Part shown: one piece after another, positions 48,896-59,255 of the stretch
Numbering within the stretch: position 1 is the first letter of the stretch
Layout of the letters: each line of letters starts with the position of its first letter
Source of the DNA: an uncultured Chthonomonadaceae bacterium
GTDB lineage: Bacteria; Armatimonadota; Chthonomonadetes; Chthonomonadales; Chthonomonadaceae
Reading direction: 5' to 3'
Assembly (NCBI GenBank): GCA_963835065.1
Contig: CAWIEK010000044.1
Location: forward strand, 320,001-384,000
Length of the DNA: 64,000 nucleotides
The notes under the pieces: generated by a model
What the model was told of the DNA's origin: nothing
The model's database searches: none
Seen by the model: only the letters and a program-made list of their open reading frames with translations
Translations under genes and position numbers: made by a program

Positions 48896-49821
48896 ACTCT
48901 TTCACGCTTGCCAACAATTTGCTTGATAATCCTGAAGCGTTGCGCGAACAGGCGCAGCGGGACGGCTATCTGTTCTTTCACGGTTTGGCGGATACCGAGT
49001 TGATGCTGTCCCTGCGCCGTCAGATATTGTCGTTGTGCGAACGGGCGGGATGGCTGGAAGCGGGAACCGACCCGATGGAGGGCATTGCCGCGCCCGGTCA
49101 GCGTCACCTTGAGCCGGAACCCGATTACATGCAGGTGTACAAGCAGGTGATGCAGTTGGAGGATTTTCACGCTTTCGCGCATCAGCCGCGCCTGCTTGCC
49201 ATGCTGGACGCGCTGTTCGGCGAAACCACGCTGGTACACGCCCGCAACATCGCCCGCATCATTTTTCCGCAGGCCACGCAGTTCACCACGCCCGCGCATC
49301 AGGACTTTTTGCACATTCAGGGCACGGAGCAAACGTGGACAAGCTGGATACCGCTTGGCGATTGCCCGCAGACATTGGGCAGTCTGGCGGTTCTGCCGGG
49401 TTCGCACAAAGCAGGCATGTACCCCGTGCATCGGACATTGGGCGCGGGCGGGCATGGCATTGACACAAACGAACTGCCGTTTGAATGGGTCGGCGGCGAT
49501 TTTGCCGCCGGGGATGTGCTTTTGTTCCACAGCCTGACGGTGCATAAGGGGATGCCCAACCTGAGCGCGAACCGCCTGCGGCTGTCGGTAGATTTCCGTT
49601 ATCAGCCTCTTTCCCACCCCGTCACCCCCGCTTCCATGCAGCCCCACTACGGCTACGCCTGGGAAGAAATCTACCGGAATTGGCAGTCGCCGCAGCATCA
49701 ATACTACTGGCGCGGCCTGCCCCTCCTCCACGCCGAATTCACCACGCGCTATTACGAAGCCGCCCGCGAAGCCGACAGGCAGGAAACAGAAAAGCAAGCC
49801 TCTGACAAGGGACAGGCGTAA
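48892..49821 (+). CDS. phytanoyl-CoA dioxygenase (PhyH)-family Fe/2OG enzyme
   Basis: TPAHQD, WIPLGD, GSLAVLPGSH, GDVLLFHSLTVH..N..RLSVDFRY. Confidence 0.9.
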   Translation: MNSFTLANNLLDNPEALREQAQRDGYLFFHGLADTELMLSLRRQILSLCERAGWLEAGTDPMEGIAAPGQRHLEPEPDYMQVYKQVMQLEDFHAFAHQPRLLAMLDALFGETTLVHARNIARIIFPQATQFTTPAHQDFLHIQGTEQTWTSWIPLGDCPQTLGSLAVLPGSHKAGMYPVHRTLGAGGHGIDTNELPFEWVGGDFAAGDVLLFHSLTVHKGMPNLSANRLRLSVDFRYQPLSHPVTPASMQPHYGYAWEEIYRNWQSPQHQYYWRGLPLLHAEFTTRYYEAAREADRQETEKQASDKGQA

Positions 49822-49946
49822 CGTTTCCCTGAATGATTGCGTCTAATGAACGCTCTGCCTCGTGCAGCAACAACTTCTTTCCACTTGTCTGTACAAATCG
49901 CTGCAAATGATTGTGTCTGCCTGTGCGGACATACAGGAACTTCGTA

Positions 49947-51725
49947 ATGCCAAATTCAATTATTCGCGCCGGCATCAAGATGCTTTGCGCGTGTACGCTT
50001 TCTGTTTTGTTCACGCCTGCCGCGTTTGCGCAGGCTCCGGCTCTGAGCGCGCTGGCGAAGATGCCCGTGAAAGAACTGACCATTTTCAAGGACGGACACG
50101 CTTTTGTGCTGCACGAGGGCAAGATGCCCACCGACAGCGCGGGCAATGTGCAGATGGATTATCTGCCCACGCCGGTTATCGGCACGTTCTGGCCCTATTC
50201 CGCCGATAAGAATGTGAAACTGTCTTCCGTTGTTGCCAGCCCGCGCCGGGTTCGGGTGGAGCGCACCGCCCTGAGCCTGCAAGAATTGCTGGAAGCCAAT
50301 CCCGGCGCGGATGTCAGCGTTACCGAAGTCGGGGGCAAAATCTATTCGGCGCATATCCTTGCGGCCCCGGAGCGCAGCAGTCAGGAACTTGACGCCACCG
50401 ACTCGCCCAACACCGGCGGGGACAAACTGCCCGCCAAAGGCAGCGTCATGCTGCTTAAAACACAGACCGGAACCGCCGCCATTCCGCGCGAGCGTATTCA
50501 GGACGTGACGTTTACCGGGGCGTACAAGCGGACGCTGACGACGGAGGAATTGCGCAACCTGCTCACGCTGAAACTGGAATGGCCGGGCAATGCTCCCGCG
50601 AAAACCGCCCATGTCGGCATGATGTACCTGCAAAAAGGGATTCGCTGGATACCCTCTTACAAAGTTTCGCTGGACGGCAAGGGCAGCGCCGTTCTTGCTT
50701 TGCAGGCCACGCTGATCAACGAAATGACCGATCTGGACGACGTGACCGCCAATCTGGTCATCGGCGTCCCGACGTTTTTCTTTCAGGACACGCCCGATCC
50801 CATCGGCTTGCAGCAGGCGTTCGCGCAGTTGTCTCCCTATTTCCAGAACGGTTCTCCAACCGGCTTTGCGATGTCCAATTCCATGATGTCGCAGGTTGGA
50901 GGGCAATCTCCCGGATTCCGAAGTACCGAGCGCCCCAACGGCAATGAGGGGAACCTTGGACCGCAAATCGGTGGTTCCGGCAAAAACGAGGACACGTTTA
51001 TCTTTACCGTCAAGCATGTCACGCTGAAAAAGGGACAGCGCATGACGCTGCCGATTGCCGAAACCACGCTGAAATATCGCGACCTGTACACGGTGGATCT
51101 GGCGTTTGCGCCGCCCCGCGAACTGCGGCAAAATGGCAGCGTGAGCGACCAGCAATTGGAACTGCTGCGCCTGCAAAGTCAACCGAAAGCGCAGCACATC
51201 ATTCGCCTGACCAATCACGCCAAATTCCCCCTGACAACCGCGCCCGCCCTGATTTTGAGCGACGGCAAAGTGCTGGCGCAGGGCTTGATGACGTACACGT
51301 CCATCGGGAGTGAAACCGACCTGCCCTTGACCACAGCGGTAGATGTGAAGGTGAAGAAAACCGACAAGGAAACGGGGCGAACGCCCAATGCGGTGCAATG
51401 GCAGAGAGGCGAATACGGGCGCATAGACCTGAGCGGCCAGATTTCCGTCACCAATTATCAGCCGCAGGCCATTGACGTGGAAGTGACGCGCAACGTGCTG
51501 GGCAACGTCACCAAAGCCGAGCAGGGCGGCGTGGTTTCGATGGTCAACGTGGTTGAGGACGATGATGCCGGGACACGCGCCGAAAACCCGGTCTGGTGGG
51601 GCTGGTACAGTTGGCCCGGCTGGTGGAGCCACTTCAACGGCATGGGGCGCGTCGTCTGGAAACTGAAGCTGGAACCCGGCAAATCCACCGACCTGAAATA
51701 TACCTGGAACTACTTCTGGCAATAA
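49947..51725 (+). CDS. secreted DUF4139/DUF4140-like protein
   Basis: Signal peptide, ELTIFKDGHAFV, YLQKGIRWIPSY, C-terminal WKLKLEPGKSTDLKY. Confidence 0.7.
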   Translation: MPNSIIRAGIKMLCACTLSVLFTPAAFAQAPALSALAKMPVKELTIFKDGHAFVLHEGKMPTDSAGNVQMDYLPTPVIGTFWPYSADKNVKLSSVVASPRRVRVERTALSLQELLEANPGADVSVTEVGGKIYSAHILAAPERSSQELDATDSPNTGGDKLPAKGSVMLLKTQTGTAAIPRERIQDVTFTGAYKRTLTTEELRNLLTLKLEWPGNAPAKTAHVGMMYLQKGIRWIPSYKVSLDGKGSAVLALQATLINEMTDLDDVTANLVIGVPTFFFQDTPDPIGLQQAFAQLSPYFQNGSPTGFAMSNSMMSQVGGQSPGFRSTERPNGNEGNLGPQIGGSGKNEDTFIFTVKHVTLKKGQRMTLPIAETTLKYRDLYTVDLAFAPPRELRQNGSVSDQQLELLRLQSQPKAQHIIRLTNHAKFPLTTAPALILSDGKVLAQGLMTYTSIGSETDLPLTTAVDVKVKKTDKETGRTPNAVQWQRGEYGRIDLSGQISVTNYQPQAIDVEVTRNVLGNVTKAEQGGVVSMVNVVEDDDAGTRAENPVWWGWYSWPGWWSHFNGMGRVVWKLKLEPGKSTDLKYTWNYFWQ

Positions 51726-51850
51726 GTGCCTGTAAATTTACAAGTTCCCGAATCAAGCGGGCTTCGAGCCGCGCAAAAATCAAAATAGGTTTTGCGCGGC
51801 TTCTATACGGCTCTCACTCAGGTGGTATTGGTTTACACTTGATGTTTATC

Positions 51851-52144
51851 CTATGCGGCGGCTTCTGCCAATTCTGGCTCCGCTGGCGTCCTGGGGTTGA
51901 TGCTTTCCGACAACATACGCTCGAATGTTTCTCTGTCCGCAATGTCCCAATCGTCTGCCGTACTACGCGCCACCGCCAGATTCACAAAAGGAACGCACTC
52001 CCCTTCTGCAAGCAACGGCAGTAACAGTAACGCGCCGGTGGCATGTGTAAAGGCAATGTGTGACGTTGGAATCACATGTTTGCAAAAGCCAAGTTGTCGC
52101 AGCACTTGTTCCAATTGAGTCAAAGTTACTGTTTTAGGCATCAT
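51851..52144 (-). CDS. HicA-like small protein
   Basis: LEQVLRQLGF....SHIAFTH..LLLP resembles the HicA dsRBD-like fold. Confidence 0.5.
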   Translation of the reverse strand: MMPKTVTLTQLEQVLRQLGFCKHVIPTSHIAFTHATGALLLLPLLAEGECVPFVNLAVARSTADDWDIADRETFERMLSESINPRTPAEPELAEAAA

Positions 52145-52186
52145 GATGTGTCCGCGAGTGCGGCGTTTTAGCATGGCTTTTCCCGT

Positions 52187-53485
52187 TTATTTTACCGCGA
52201 GCGGAATCACGTTGACGTTGCCGCTTGCGCCGGAACCACTGGCGACGGTGATGCGGTCACGCAGGGCTTGCGGCGGTTCGGGAATTTGCCAGCCCTCGTA
52301 GGGTTCCACCCACATGCCGTCCGCTTTGATGAGATTGACCAGTTCCTCGATGCTGTTTTCCTGCGGGATGCCGGTTTTTACTTCCTCGCGGCCCCGGTAC
52401 AGCGAGATTTTGCCGCCCGCTTTGCCCACATAGCCGTAATCCGCGTCCGCCATTTCGCCCGGCCCGTTCACGATGCAGCCCATCACCGCCACTGTCAGAT
52501 TGCCCGACAGGTGCTTGACCGCCGACTCGACCCAGCTTGCCACAATCGGCAGATCGAACTTGGTGCGCCCGCAAGAGGGGCACGAAATCAGTTCCACTTT
52601 GGTGCGCCGGATGCCCAATGCCTGCAAAATGTCGTAACAGGCCGGGAGTTCTTCGACCGGGTCTTCCGACAGCGACACGCGAATGGTATCCCCGATGCCT
52701 TCGGCCAGCAGCGTGCCGATGCCCGCCGTGCTTTTGATGCGCGCGTACTGCCCGCTGCCCGCTTCCGTCACGCCTAAGTGCAGGGGATAATCCATGCCCA
52801 ACTCGGCCATGCGCTGCGCCATCAGCCGGTTGGCTTGCAGCATCACGGGAACGCGGCTGGCTTTCAGCGAGATAATGATGTTGCGGTAATCGTGGCGTTC
52901 GCAAATTTGAATGTACTCAATGGCGGACTGCACCATGCCTTCGGGCGTGTCGCCGTACATTACGGTCAGGCGCTCGGCAAGGCTGCCGTGATTGACGCCG
53001 ATCCGCATGGCAAGGTCGCGCTCCTTGCAGGCGTTGATGACCGGCAGCAGTTCCTTTTCAATCGCCGCCTGCTCCTCTTCCACTTCGGCGGGCGAATAAT
53101 CCAGCGTCCGCGCAACCCGCTTGCGGAACACGAACAGGCCGGGATTGATGCGGATTTTGTCTACGTATTTCGCCACTTCCACGGCAATGTCGCTGCCCTG
53201 ATGATGCACGTCGGCGACAAGCGGCACGTCCTGATACTGCTGTTTCAGTCGCGCCTTGATTTCCGCCAGGCAACGCGCTTCGGCCATGTTGGGCGTGGTC
53301 ACGCGCACGATTTCACTGCCGGCCTTGTGCATGGCAATGATCTGCTCCACAGCGGAAGGAACGTTGTGCGTTTCTTCGGTAATCATGGACTGCACGACAA
53401 CGGGATGCGCCCCGCCGATATAAATATCGCCCACGCGCACGGCGCGGGTCAAACGGCGGCTATAAGAAACATCTGGTAAAGACAT
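52187..53485 (-). CDS. ispG: (E)-4-hydroxy-3-methylbut-2-enyl-diphosphate synthase
   Basis: [63 protein letters not shown]. Confidence 0.97.
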   Translation of the reverse strand: MSLPDVSYSRRLTRAVRVGDIYIGGAHPVVVQSMITEETHNVPSAVEQIIAMHKAGSEIVRVTTPNMAEARCLAEIKARLKQQYQDVPLVADVHHQGSDIAVEVAKYVDKIRINPGLFVFRKRVARTLDYSPAEVEEEQAAIEKELLPVINACKERDLAMRIGVNHGSLAERLTVMYGDTPEGMVQSAIEYIQICERHDYRNIIISLKASRVPVMLQANRLMAQRMAELGMDYPLHLGVTEAGSGQYARIKSTAGIGTLLAEGIGDTIRVSLSEDPVEELPACYDILQALGIRRTKVELISCPSCGRTKFDLPIVASWVESAVKHLSGNLTVAVMGCIVNGPGEMADADYGYVGKAGGKISLYRGREEVKTGIPQENSIEELVNLIKADGMWVEPYEGWQIPEPPQALRDRITVASGSGASGNVNVIPLAVK

Positions 53486-53497
53486 GGGAATTCCTCA

Positions 53498-53622
53498 AGT
53501 AGTCAGTAGTCAGTATTCAGTAGTCAGTAGAAACGATCCATCTACCCTAGCGTTTGCATTTCAGCAATAATTTGAAAGAGGGAGTTTTCTACTGACTACT
53601 GACTACTGACTACTGACTACTT
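53498..53622. repeat. inverted heptamer array element (AGTAGTC)n...(CTACTGA)n upstream of ispG
   Basis: Same arms as 8970-9109, with a related core in the opposite orientation. Confidence 0.85.
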
Positions 53623-53762
53623 CCTCAACTATCGACTACTTTCAGTATAGCATACACGCCGGGGCAGGGCGGCGAAACAGGTGTGTTCGGAGCGCGTTCC
53701 GGCAGTTAACGCGCTTTCATAAAAAGTGGGAACGGGGTACAATACAACAGGAGAATGATGCG

Positions 53763-54221
53763 ATGGTTCCTTTTAAGCAGATTTTTAACCCTTCCCGCGA
53801 TAAGGCAAAACGAGCCGCGCCTGCCAAGCCTGTCACGCCGCAGCAGAAATGGATGCGCGGTTTCATTGTGGTGTTTGGCGTGTTCGTGCTGCTGTGCTTT
53901 CTGGTGGCGGACCCGATTTTGCGCCATTTTCGCAAGAGTAACTTCAGCAATGCGCAGCCGCGAACAGGTGTCGCTACGATTGCGATGGTCGTCATGCCGC
54001 AGGCGAACTTTGAGGGCGCGTTAAAACAAGAAGATAAAGGTTACGTTGTGGTTCGTTTTCAAGGGCACTTGTGCAAAGTCAACAATGTCGCGCAGATCAC
54101 GCAGATGCGCGAAAACCAGGCGGTAAAAATCGTGTACCTTGTCGGCAAGCGCGGCGACATTGCCGTTGATTCGGCGGAACCCTTGATTACGTCACAGGCA
54201 GACGAGGCTTCCACCCCCTGA
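53763..54221 (+). CDS. single-TM hypothetical protein
   Basis: AGGAG SD, TM segment FIVVFGVFVLLCFLV. Confidence 0.7.
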   Translation: MVPFKQIFNPSRDKAKRAAPAKPVTPQQKWMRGFIVVFGVFVLLCFLVADPILRHFRKSNFSNAQPRTGVATIAMVVMPQANFEGALKQEDKGYVVVRFQGHLCKVNNVAQITQMRENQAVKIVYLVGKRGDIAVDSAEPLITSQADEASTP

Positions 54222-54380
54222 CGATAAACTTTCCGCGTTCCTAAGCGCCTGAAGATATTTGGAGCATGAAACGCTTCGATTGGCTATTTCATCCTGTTTT
54301 GCAGGTATTCTATCGGTATCGCTTTTTGGCGCCCTTTGTTCGGCCCTGTCGAACCCGTTGTTATGAGGAGACACGCACCC

Positions 54381-55703
54381 ATGAAACACGCGATTGTACG
54401 CACCGCCGCCCTCGGCCTGCTGTGTTCCACCGCCCTCAGCCTGACTGTCGTTCGCGCGGCGGAAACGGGCAAGGAACAGACCATCAAACTGAAGCTGGAC
54501 CCCACCGGCGCTCCGAAAACCGCCGGGTACTACCCGGTTCTGCTGCCTCTCAGCGCGGACAAGCCCGCCTCAATCACCAAAGAGCCGACCTATAAAGGTA
54601 CGCCCAAATACGGCGTAATTCATTTAGGGAACGGTCCGAAAGCCGATACCGTTTTTGCCGTAGATATGCCGACCGAAGGCGATTTCAAAATCTATGTGGA
54701 CAAAAACCACAACGGCGACCTGACCGATGATGGCGATGGCGCGTGGAGCGCCAAGCGCGAAGGCCAGCGCGCTATGTACGGCCTGAACCATTACACCCTC
54801 CGCGCTTCCTATGGAACGGCCAGCAAAGAAACCGGTTCGGCGGATTACGGCGTGGCGCTGTACCAGTTTGTCGGGCAGGATCAGGTGATTATGTACCGCG
54901 AAGCGGGCGCGACGGGCACGATTACAGTTGAAGGCAAGCCGCACAAGGCCGTTCTGGTGGAAAATGACGCCGATGCCCTGTTTGCAAAGCCGATGGGTGA
55001 CGACGGCAAGCCCCTCAAAGGCATGAAGGCCACTAAACCCGTCTGGCTGTTCATTGACCTGAACGACGACGGCAAATTCACCCGCGATGAGCTATTCGAC
55101 GCCCGCGCCCCCTTTATGCTCGGCAAGACCACAGTGGAGCCGATTGTCGCCGCCAATGGCACGGAGATCAAACTCAAACCGACTACCCGCGTCGCTTATG
55201 CGCCTCCCAAAGCGCCGGAAGCGCCCAAACTGCTGACAGCCGGAACCCTCGCGCCCGACTTCACCGCGCAGGCTCCCGATGGGCATACGGTCAAACTGTC
55301 CGACTATCGCGGCAAGGTCGTTGTGCTGGACTTTTGGGCGACGTGGTGCCCGCCGTGCCGCGCGTCCATGCCGCACCTGCAGCATCTGCACGAAACACTC
55401 AGCAGCAAGGGCGTGAAAGTGCTTGGCATCTGCGTTTCCGACGAGAAAAGCGCGTTCGACAAGTGGATTCCCGAACACAAGGAACTGACGTTTGAGTGCG
55501 CCTACGATCTCGCGGGCCGCAGCGGCAACAGCATTTCGGGCAAGCTGTACAACGTGTCCGGCATCCCCACAACCTACATCATTGACAAGAACGGCAAAGT
55601 GATAGATGCGGTTGTCGGCTACGAGGATGGCGACAAGCGCGTGGAAGCCGTTCTGAAGAAGGCCGGCGTGGAAGTGGATGCGAAGTCGGCGTCCATCAAA
55701 TAA
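54381..55703 (+). CDS. secreted TlpA/redoxin-family disulfide oxidoreductase with a large N-terminal domain
   Basis: APDF..LSDYRGKVVVLDFWATWCPPC, GIPTTYIID; signal peptide; DxNxNGD-like motifs. Confidence 0.88.
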   Translation: MKHAIVRTAALGLLCSTALSLTVVRAAETGKEQTIKLKLDPTGAPKTAGYYPVLLPLSADKPASITKEPTYKGTPKYGVIHLGNGPKADTVFAVDMPTEGDFKIYVDKNHNGDLTDDGDGAWSAKREGQRAMYGLNHYTLRASYGTASKETGSADYGVALYQFVGQDQVIMYREAGATGTITVEGKPHKAVLVENDADALFAKPMGDDGKPLKGMKATKPVWLFIDLNDDGKFTRDELFDARAPFMLGKTTVEPIVAANGTEIKLKPTTRVAYAPPKAPEAPKLLTAGTLAPDFTAQAPDGHTVKLSDYRGKVVVLDFWATWCPPCRASMPHLQHLHETLSSKGVKVLGICVSDEKSAFDKWIPEHKELTFECAYDLAGRSGNSISGKLYNVSGIPTTYIIDKNGKVIDAVVGYEDGDKRVEAVLKKAGVEVDAKSASIK

Positions 55704-55841
55704 CCTTCCGCGAACAGCGGCGGTTCGTAAATAGATCGCCACCAACACAACGGCGCAAACCATTGGCTCATGCAAACTTGCGTGAGCCAATCTGCCGCGT
55801 TACCCTGCCTGCATTGTAAAGATGATTTTTGGTAAGATGCT

Positions 55842-56180
55842 ATGCCTATCTATGAATTTGCCTGCGCGCAGTGTGGGCGCAAGTTCCGTAAACTGGTCGG
55901 CGTGGTCGCCAACGAGCGCCCGCTGCAATGCCCGCGCTGCCAGTCAACGGAAGCGAACCGTCTTATCAGCCGCTTTGCCCGCGTTCGGGGGGAAGACGAG
56001 TCGTTCGACGCGATGGCCGATGAAATGGAAGGCCTGGACGAAAACGATCCCAAAGCCATGCGCCGCCTGATGCGCGAAATGGGCAAGGAAATGGGCGAGG
56101 ACATGGAAGCCGACTTCGAGCAGATGATGGAGGAAGAAGCCGGAGGCGACGGGGCGAATGTGGGTGGGGAAGAGGAGTAA
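55842..56180 (+). CDS. FmdB-family zinc-ribbon protein
   Basis: MPIYEFACAQCG..CPRCQS. Confidence 0.9.
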   Translation: MPIYEFACAQCGRKFRKLVGVVANERPLQCPRCQSTEANRLISRFARVRGEDESFDAMADEMEGLDENDPKAMRRLMREMGKEMGEDMEADFEQMMEEEAGGDGANVGGEEE

Positions 56181-56300
56181 GTGTTCAGGTATTCAGGTGT
56201 TCGGGTATTCAGGACAATGCAAGAGCGCCACGTTCGTTTGTGCGCAGCAAAACTTGCAATTTAGTTCCTGAACACCTGAATACCTGAATACCTGAACACC
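56181..56300. repeat. inverted octamer array hairpin (TTCAGGTA/G)n...(CCTGAATA)n, likely bidirectional terminator
   Basis: gtgttcaggtattcaggtgttcgggtattcagg mirrored by cctgaacacctgaatacctgaatacctgaacac, between convergent genes. Confidence 0.82.
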
Positions 56301-56302
56301 GT

Positions 56303-57379
56303 TTATGAATGTGATTCAGCGGGCACAATGTCGAACACGAGCCGCTCTACCGCGCGTCCGTCCCGGCGCAGGAGGGCGAGCGGGGTTTTTGCGCCGATTT
56401 TCTCTTCGGTCAGATGGCGGAGGAGATCGTCAATGCTGCCGACGGGCTTGTTGCCCATTGCCACAATCACGTCGTTTTCGCGCAGTCCCGCGCGCTGCGC
56501 CGGGCTGTTCGGCTCAATGGACTGCACCAGAACGCCGCTGTCCACGAGCAGGCTGAATTGGCGAGTTGCGGCGCGGGGCAGTTCCACGTTCTGGCCGCCC
56601 ACGCCGATATAGCTGCGCCGTACCCGCCCCTCCTTAATCAGTTTCATGGCAACAAATTTCGCTGTGTTGATGGCAATGGCGAAGCACAAGCCCTGCGCGG
56701 GCAAAATCGTCGCCGTATTGACGCCAATCACTTCCCCCGATGAATTGACCAGCGGCCCGCCCGAATTGCCCGGATTGAGCGCGGCGTCCGTTTGGATGAT
56801 GTTGTCCATCAAGCGCCCCGAATTGCCCCGCAGCGAACGCCCCAATGCGCTGACAACGCCCGCCGTCACCGTGTACTGGAAGCCATACGGGTTGCCGATG
56901 GCAATGGCAAGCTGTCCCACGCGCAAATGCGATGAGTCACCTAATCGCGCCGCGGTTAAATCCGGCGTGTCAATGCGGATCACGGCCAGATCGGTTTCCG
57001 GGTCTTCGCCAATCAGTTCCGCGACGGAATGCCGCCCATCTGAAAACAACACTTCGATCTTCTTGGCGTCATGCACGACATGGCTGTTGGTCAAAATATA
57101 GCCATCCGGCGTGAACACAAACCCGGAACCGCTGCCCTTCACTTCCTGACCGGCGCGCGGGTCTCGATTGCCACCCCGATTACCTTGCCCCCTGCTTTGC
57201 TGCGCCTGTGTCACCTCAATAAACACGACGGACGGGCTGACGCGCTCCGACGCCGACACGACAGCGTGAGAGTAAGCGTCCAGCAATGCGCCGTCCTCTA
57301 ATTGCCCGGCCTGCGCGCAAGTCGCGTTCGCAGCCGTTGCCCCGGTATTTCCACTCACAAATTCTAATGCGCCCTGCAT
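56303..57379 (-). CDS. HtrA/DegP-like trypsin serine protease with PDZ domain
   Basis: GSGSGF, TNSHVV, DLAVI, GNSGGPL, C-terminal PDZ. Confidence 0.93.
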   Translation of the reverse strand: MQGALEFVSGNTGATAANATCAQAGQLEDGALLDAYSHAVVSASERVSPSVVFIEVTQAQQSRGQGNRGGNRDPRAGQEVKGSGSGFVFTPDGYILTNSHVVHDAKKIEVLFSDGRHSVAELIGEDPETDLAVIRIDTPDLTAARLGDSSHLRVGQLAIAIGNPYGFQYTVTAGVVSALGRSLRGNSGRLMDNIIQTDAALNPGNSGGPLVNSSGEVIGVNTATILPAQGLCFAIAINTAKFVAMKLIKEGRVRRSYIGVGGQNVELPRAATRQFSLLVDSGVLVQSIEPNSPAQRAGLRENDVIVAMGNKPVGSIDDLLRHLTEEKIGAKTPLALLRRDGRAVERLVFDIVPAESHS

Positions 57380-57539
57380 GTTCGCGCTCGCTTTCTTTGT
57401 CGCAACCCTGTTGTTGAATTAGGACTATTAAGACCTAATACGTTCTTCAAGGCTTTATAATACGCGGAAAGCGAGGAACGCGCAACCTATACCAAAGATT
57501 AGGAACTTCCTACCACGGGTTTGCTACGAAACCGGCCAT

Positions 57540-59036
57540 TCATTCATGGGCGGACAAGGCGCAGCGAAACCCGTAGGTATTATCTTTGTAGTCGGGAGTA
57601 TACCTTTCCCGATACGCAGAGCGGAAGACGCCTTGATTGAAGAAGTACCAGGAACCGCCGCGCAAAACCCGGTATTGGCCGGCACACATGTCTTTAGGAT
57701 CAGTGGCGGGCGCGGTTCTGCGGTAGTCCGTATCGTACCAGTCGGCGCACCACTGCCAGACATTGCCTGCCATATCCAAAATACCGTAAGGGCTGACCCC
57801 ATCCGCATACGTTCCTGCCGGAACCGTGCCGGAGCGTTTCTCATTGACGGAACTCCACAATTTGCTGTTGTCGAACTCGTTGCCCCACGGAAACTTGCGC
57901 CCGTCCGTGCCTCGCGCCGCCTTCTCCCATTCTGCTTCGGTAGGCAATCGCGTTCCCGCCCATGTACAGTAGGCCTGCGCATCCTCCCAGGAAACATTCA
58001 CGATAGGATGATCTTCTTTGGCCCAATCCGGGTTGAAGGAGGGCGCATCCGGCATTTTACGCGCGGTGTCTTGACAGAATTTCTTGTACTGCTCCACTGT
58101 AACCGGCTTTTTGTACATCCAGTAGCCGCTCAATCGGACGGCGCGGCGCGGATTATCGCTTATGTCGTCGTCACCCATTAGAAACTCGCCTGCCGGTATC
58201 AGCACCAGTTCCGCGCCGTCTTTGGGATTGACGCGCGTTTCGAACATACCGGACGGCTCTTCATACGTCTTGTTCTTCGCAATTTGCTGCGATAGGCGGG
58301 CAACTGCCCTGACCCCAAACGCATCCTTCAACAATTCGCCAATCTTCGCGTCAGCCAGAACGCGATTAACAATATCCGTGCCATAGTAGATGGCAACGCG
58401 GGTTTGCGCGAGGGGTTCCAGTTTGTCGGGCCGGGAGCGAACCCACTGTTTCACCGTTGCCAGAGCCTGGCGCGAGTTTCCGGCGGCATAGCGGGCGGCG
58501 ACGAGCGCGACAAAAGCCTCACTGCGATTCGGCATCAGAGGGGCGATCCGTTCCAGTGCGGTCAGAGCGGCTTTTGCCTGCCCCGCTTTTAATCGCCGCA
58601 ACGCAGCCGTAAACTGCGCCTCAGCAACTTTGTTGAAATAGGGACGCCACTTCTCCACCAGTTGAGCCGCCTGCATTCGTTGCTTGTTATCTGCGGCGGC
58701 ATCCCGCGCCTGCGCCGCTATCTGCGCCGCTTCCAGTTCTTCCTCCAAATCAAACAACATTCGCGCGGCTTTCAGGGCTGTATCTGTATGTGACGGCAGG
58801 GCGTAGGCCGCTTCCGCATACTTGCGGGCGGCTTTGGCTTTCAGCCCTTCTTCTTCGGCTGCCCTCCCTGCTGCCACAGCCCTCACATACGCGCGGGTAC
58901 TGCGAACCAGATCAAGCGACGCTTGCACATCGGCTTTGTTGGTTTTGGACGCGCGTTCGAGCGCGAAAGAAGGAGCGGCCAGGCACAACACTGGCAGAAG
59001 CGGCAGGACAGCATTGAGTAAACTTCCAAGTTTCAT
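57540..59036 (-). CDS. secreted TPR-like plus FGE-sulfatase (SUMF1) domain protein
   Basis: IPAGEFLMG, RLPTEAEWEKAARG, DMAGNVWQWC, RGGSW..GFRC. Confidence 0.9.
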   Translation of the reverse strand: MKLGSLLNAVLPLLPVLCLAAPSFALERASKTNKADVQASLDLVRSTRAYVRAVAAGRAAEEEGLKAKAARKYAEAAYALPSHTDTALKAARMLFDLEEELEAAQIAAQARDAAADNKQRMQAAQLVEKWRPYFNKVAEAQFTAALRRLKAGQAKAALTALERIAPLMPNRSEAFVALVAARYAAGNSRQALATVKQWVRSRPDKLEPLAQTRVAIYYGTDIVNRVLADAKIGELLKDAFGVRAVARLSQQIAKNKTYEEPSGMFETRVNPKDGAELVLIPAGEFLMGDDDISDNPRRAVRLSGYWMYKKPVTVEQYKKFCQDTARKMPDAPSFNPDWAKEDHPIVNVSWEDAQAYCTWAGTRLPTEAEWEKAARGTDGRKFPWGNEFDNSKLWSSVNEKRSGTVPAGTYADGVSPYGILDMAGNVWQWCADWYDTDYRRTAPATDPKDMCAGQYRVLRGGSWYFFNQGVFRSAYRERYTPDYKDNTYGFRCALSAHE

Positions 59037-59255
59037 GGCAGTTTCCTTCCTGTATGGGACTTTCGTTATTAACAGGATAACCGTTCGGCTATGTCCGAAA
59101 GCGTGTCCGAATCGCCAAAACATCGTGTCCGAAGTATTCATGTTCAACCCGTGCCATTCATGGTCGGGGCTTAATCCAGATAAAGAAACTCGTTGGTGTT
59201 AAGGAGCAGGAGCCTTCTCCATAAAGAGGGGCGCAGTTTCATTCGGCATGAGGTT

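Noticed and set aside
49956..51722. Long antisense ORFs (588 aa here; also 7063-8391, 38068-39300, 45197-46264, 48715-49797)
   Set aside because: Shadow ORFs opposite well-supported genes in GC-rich, codon-biased DNA, with no recognisable motifs.
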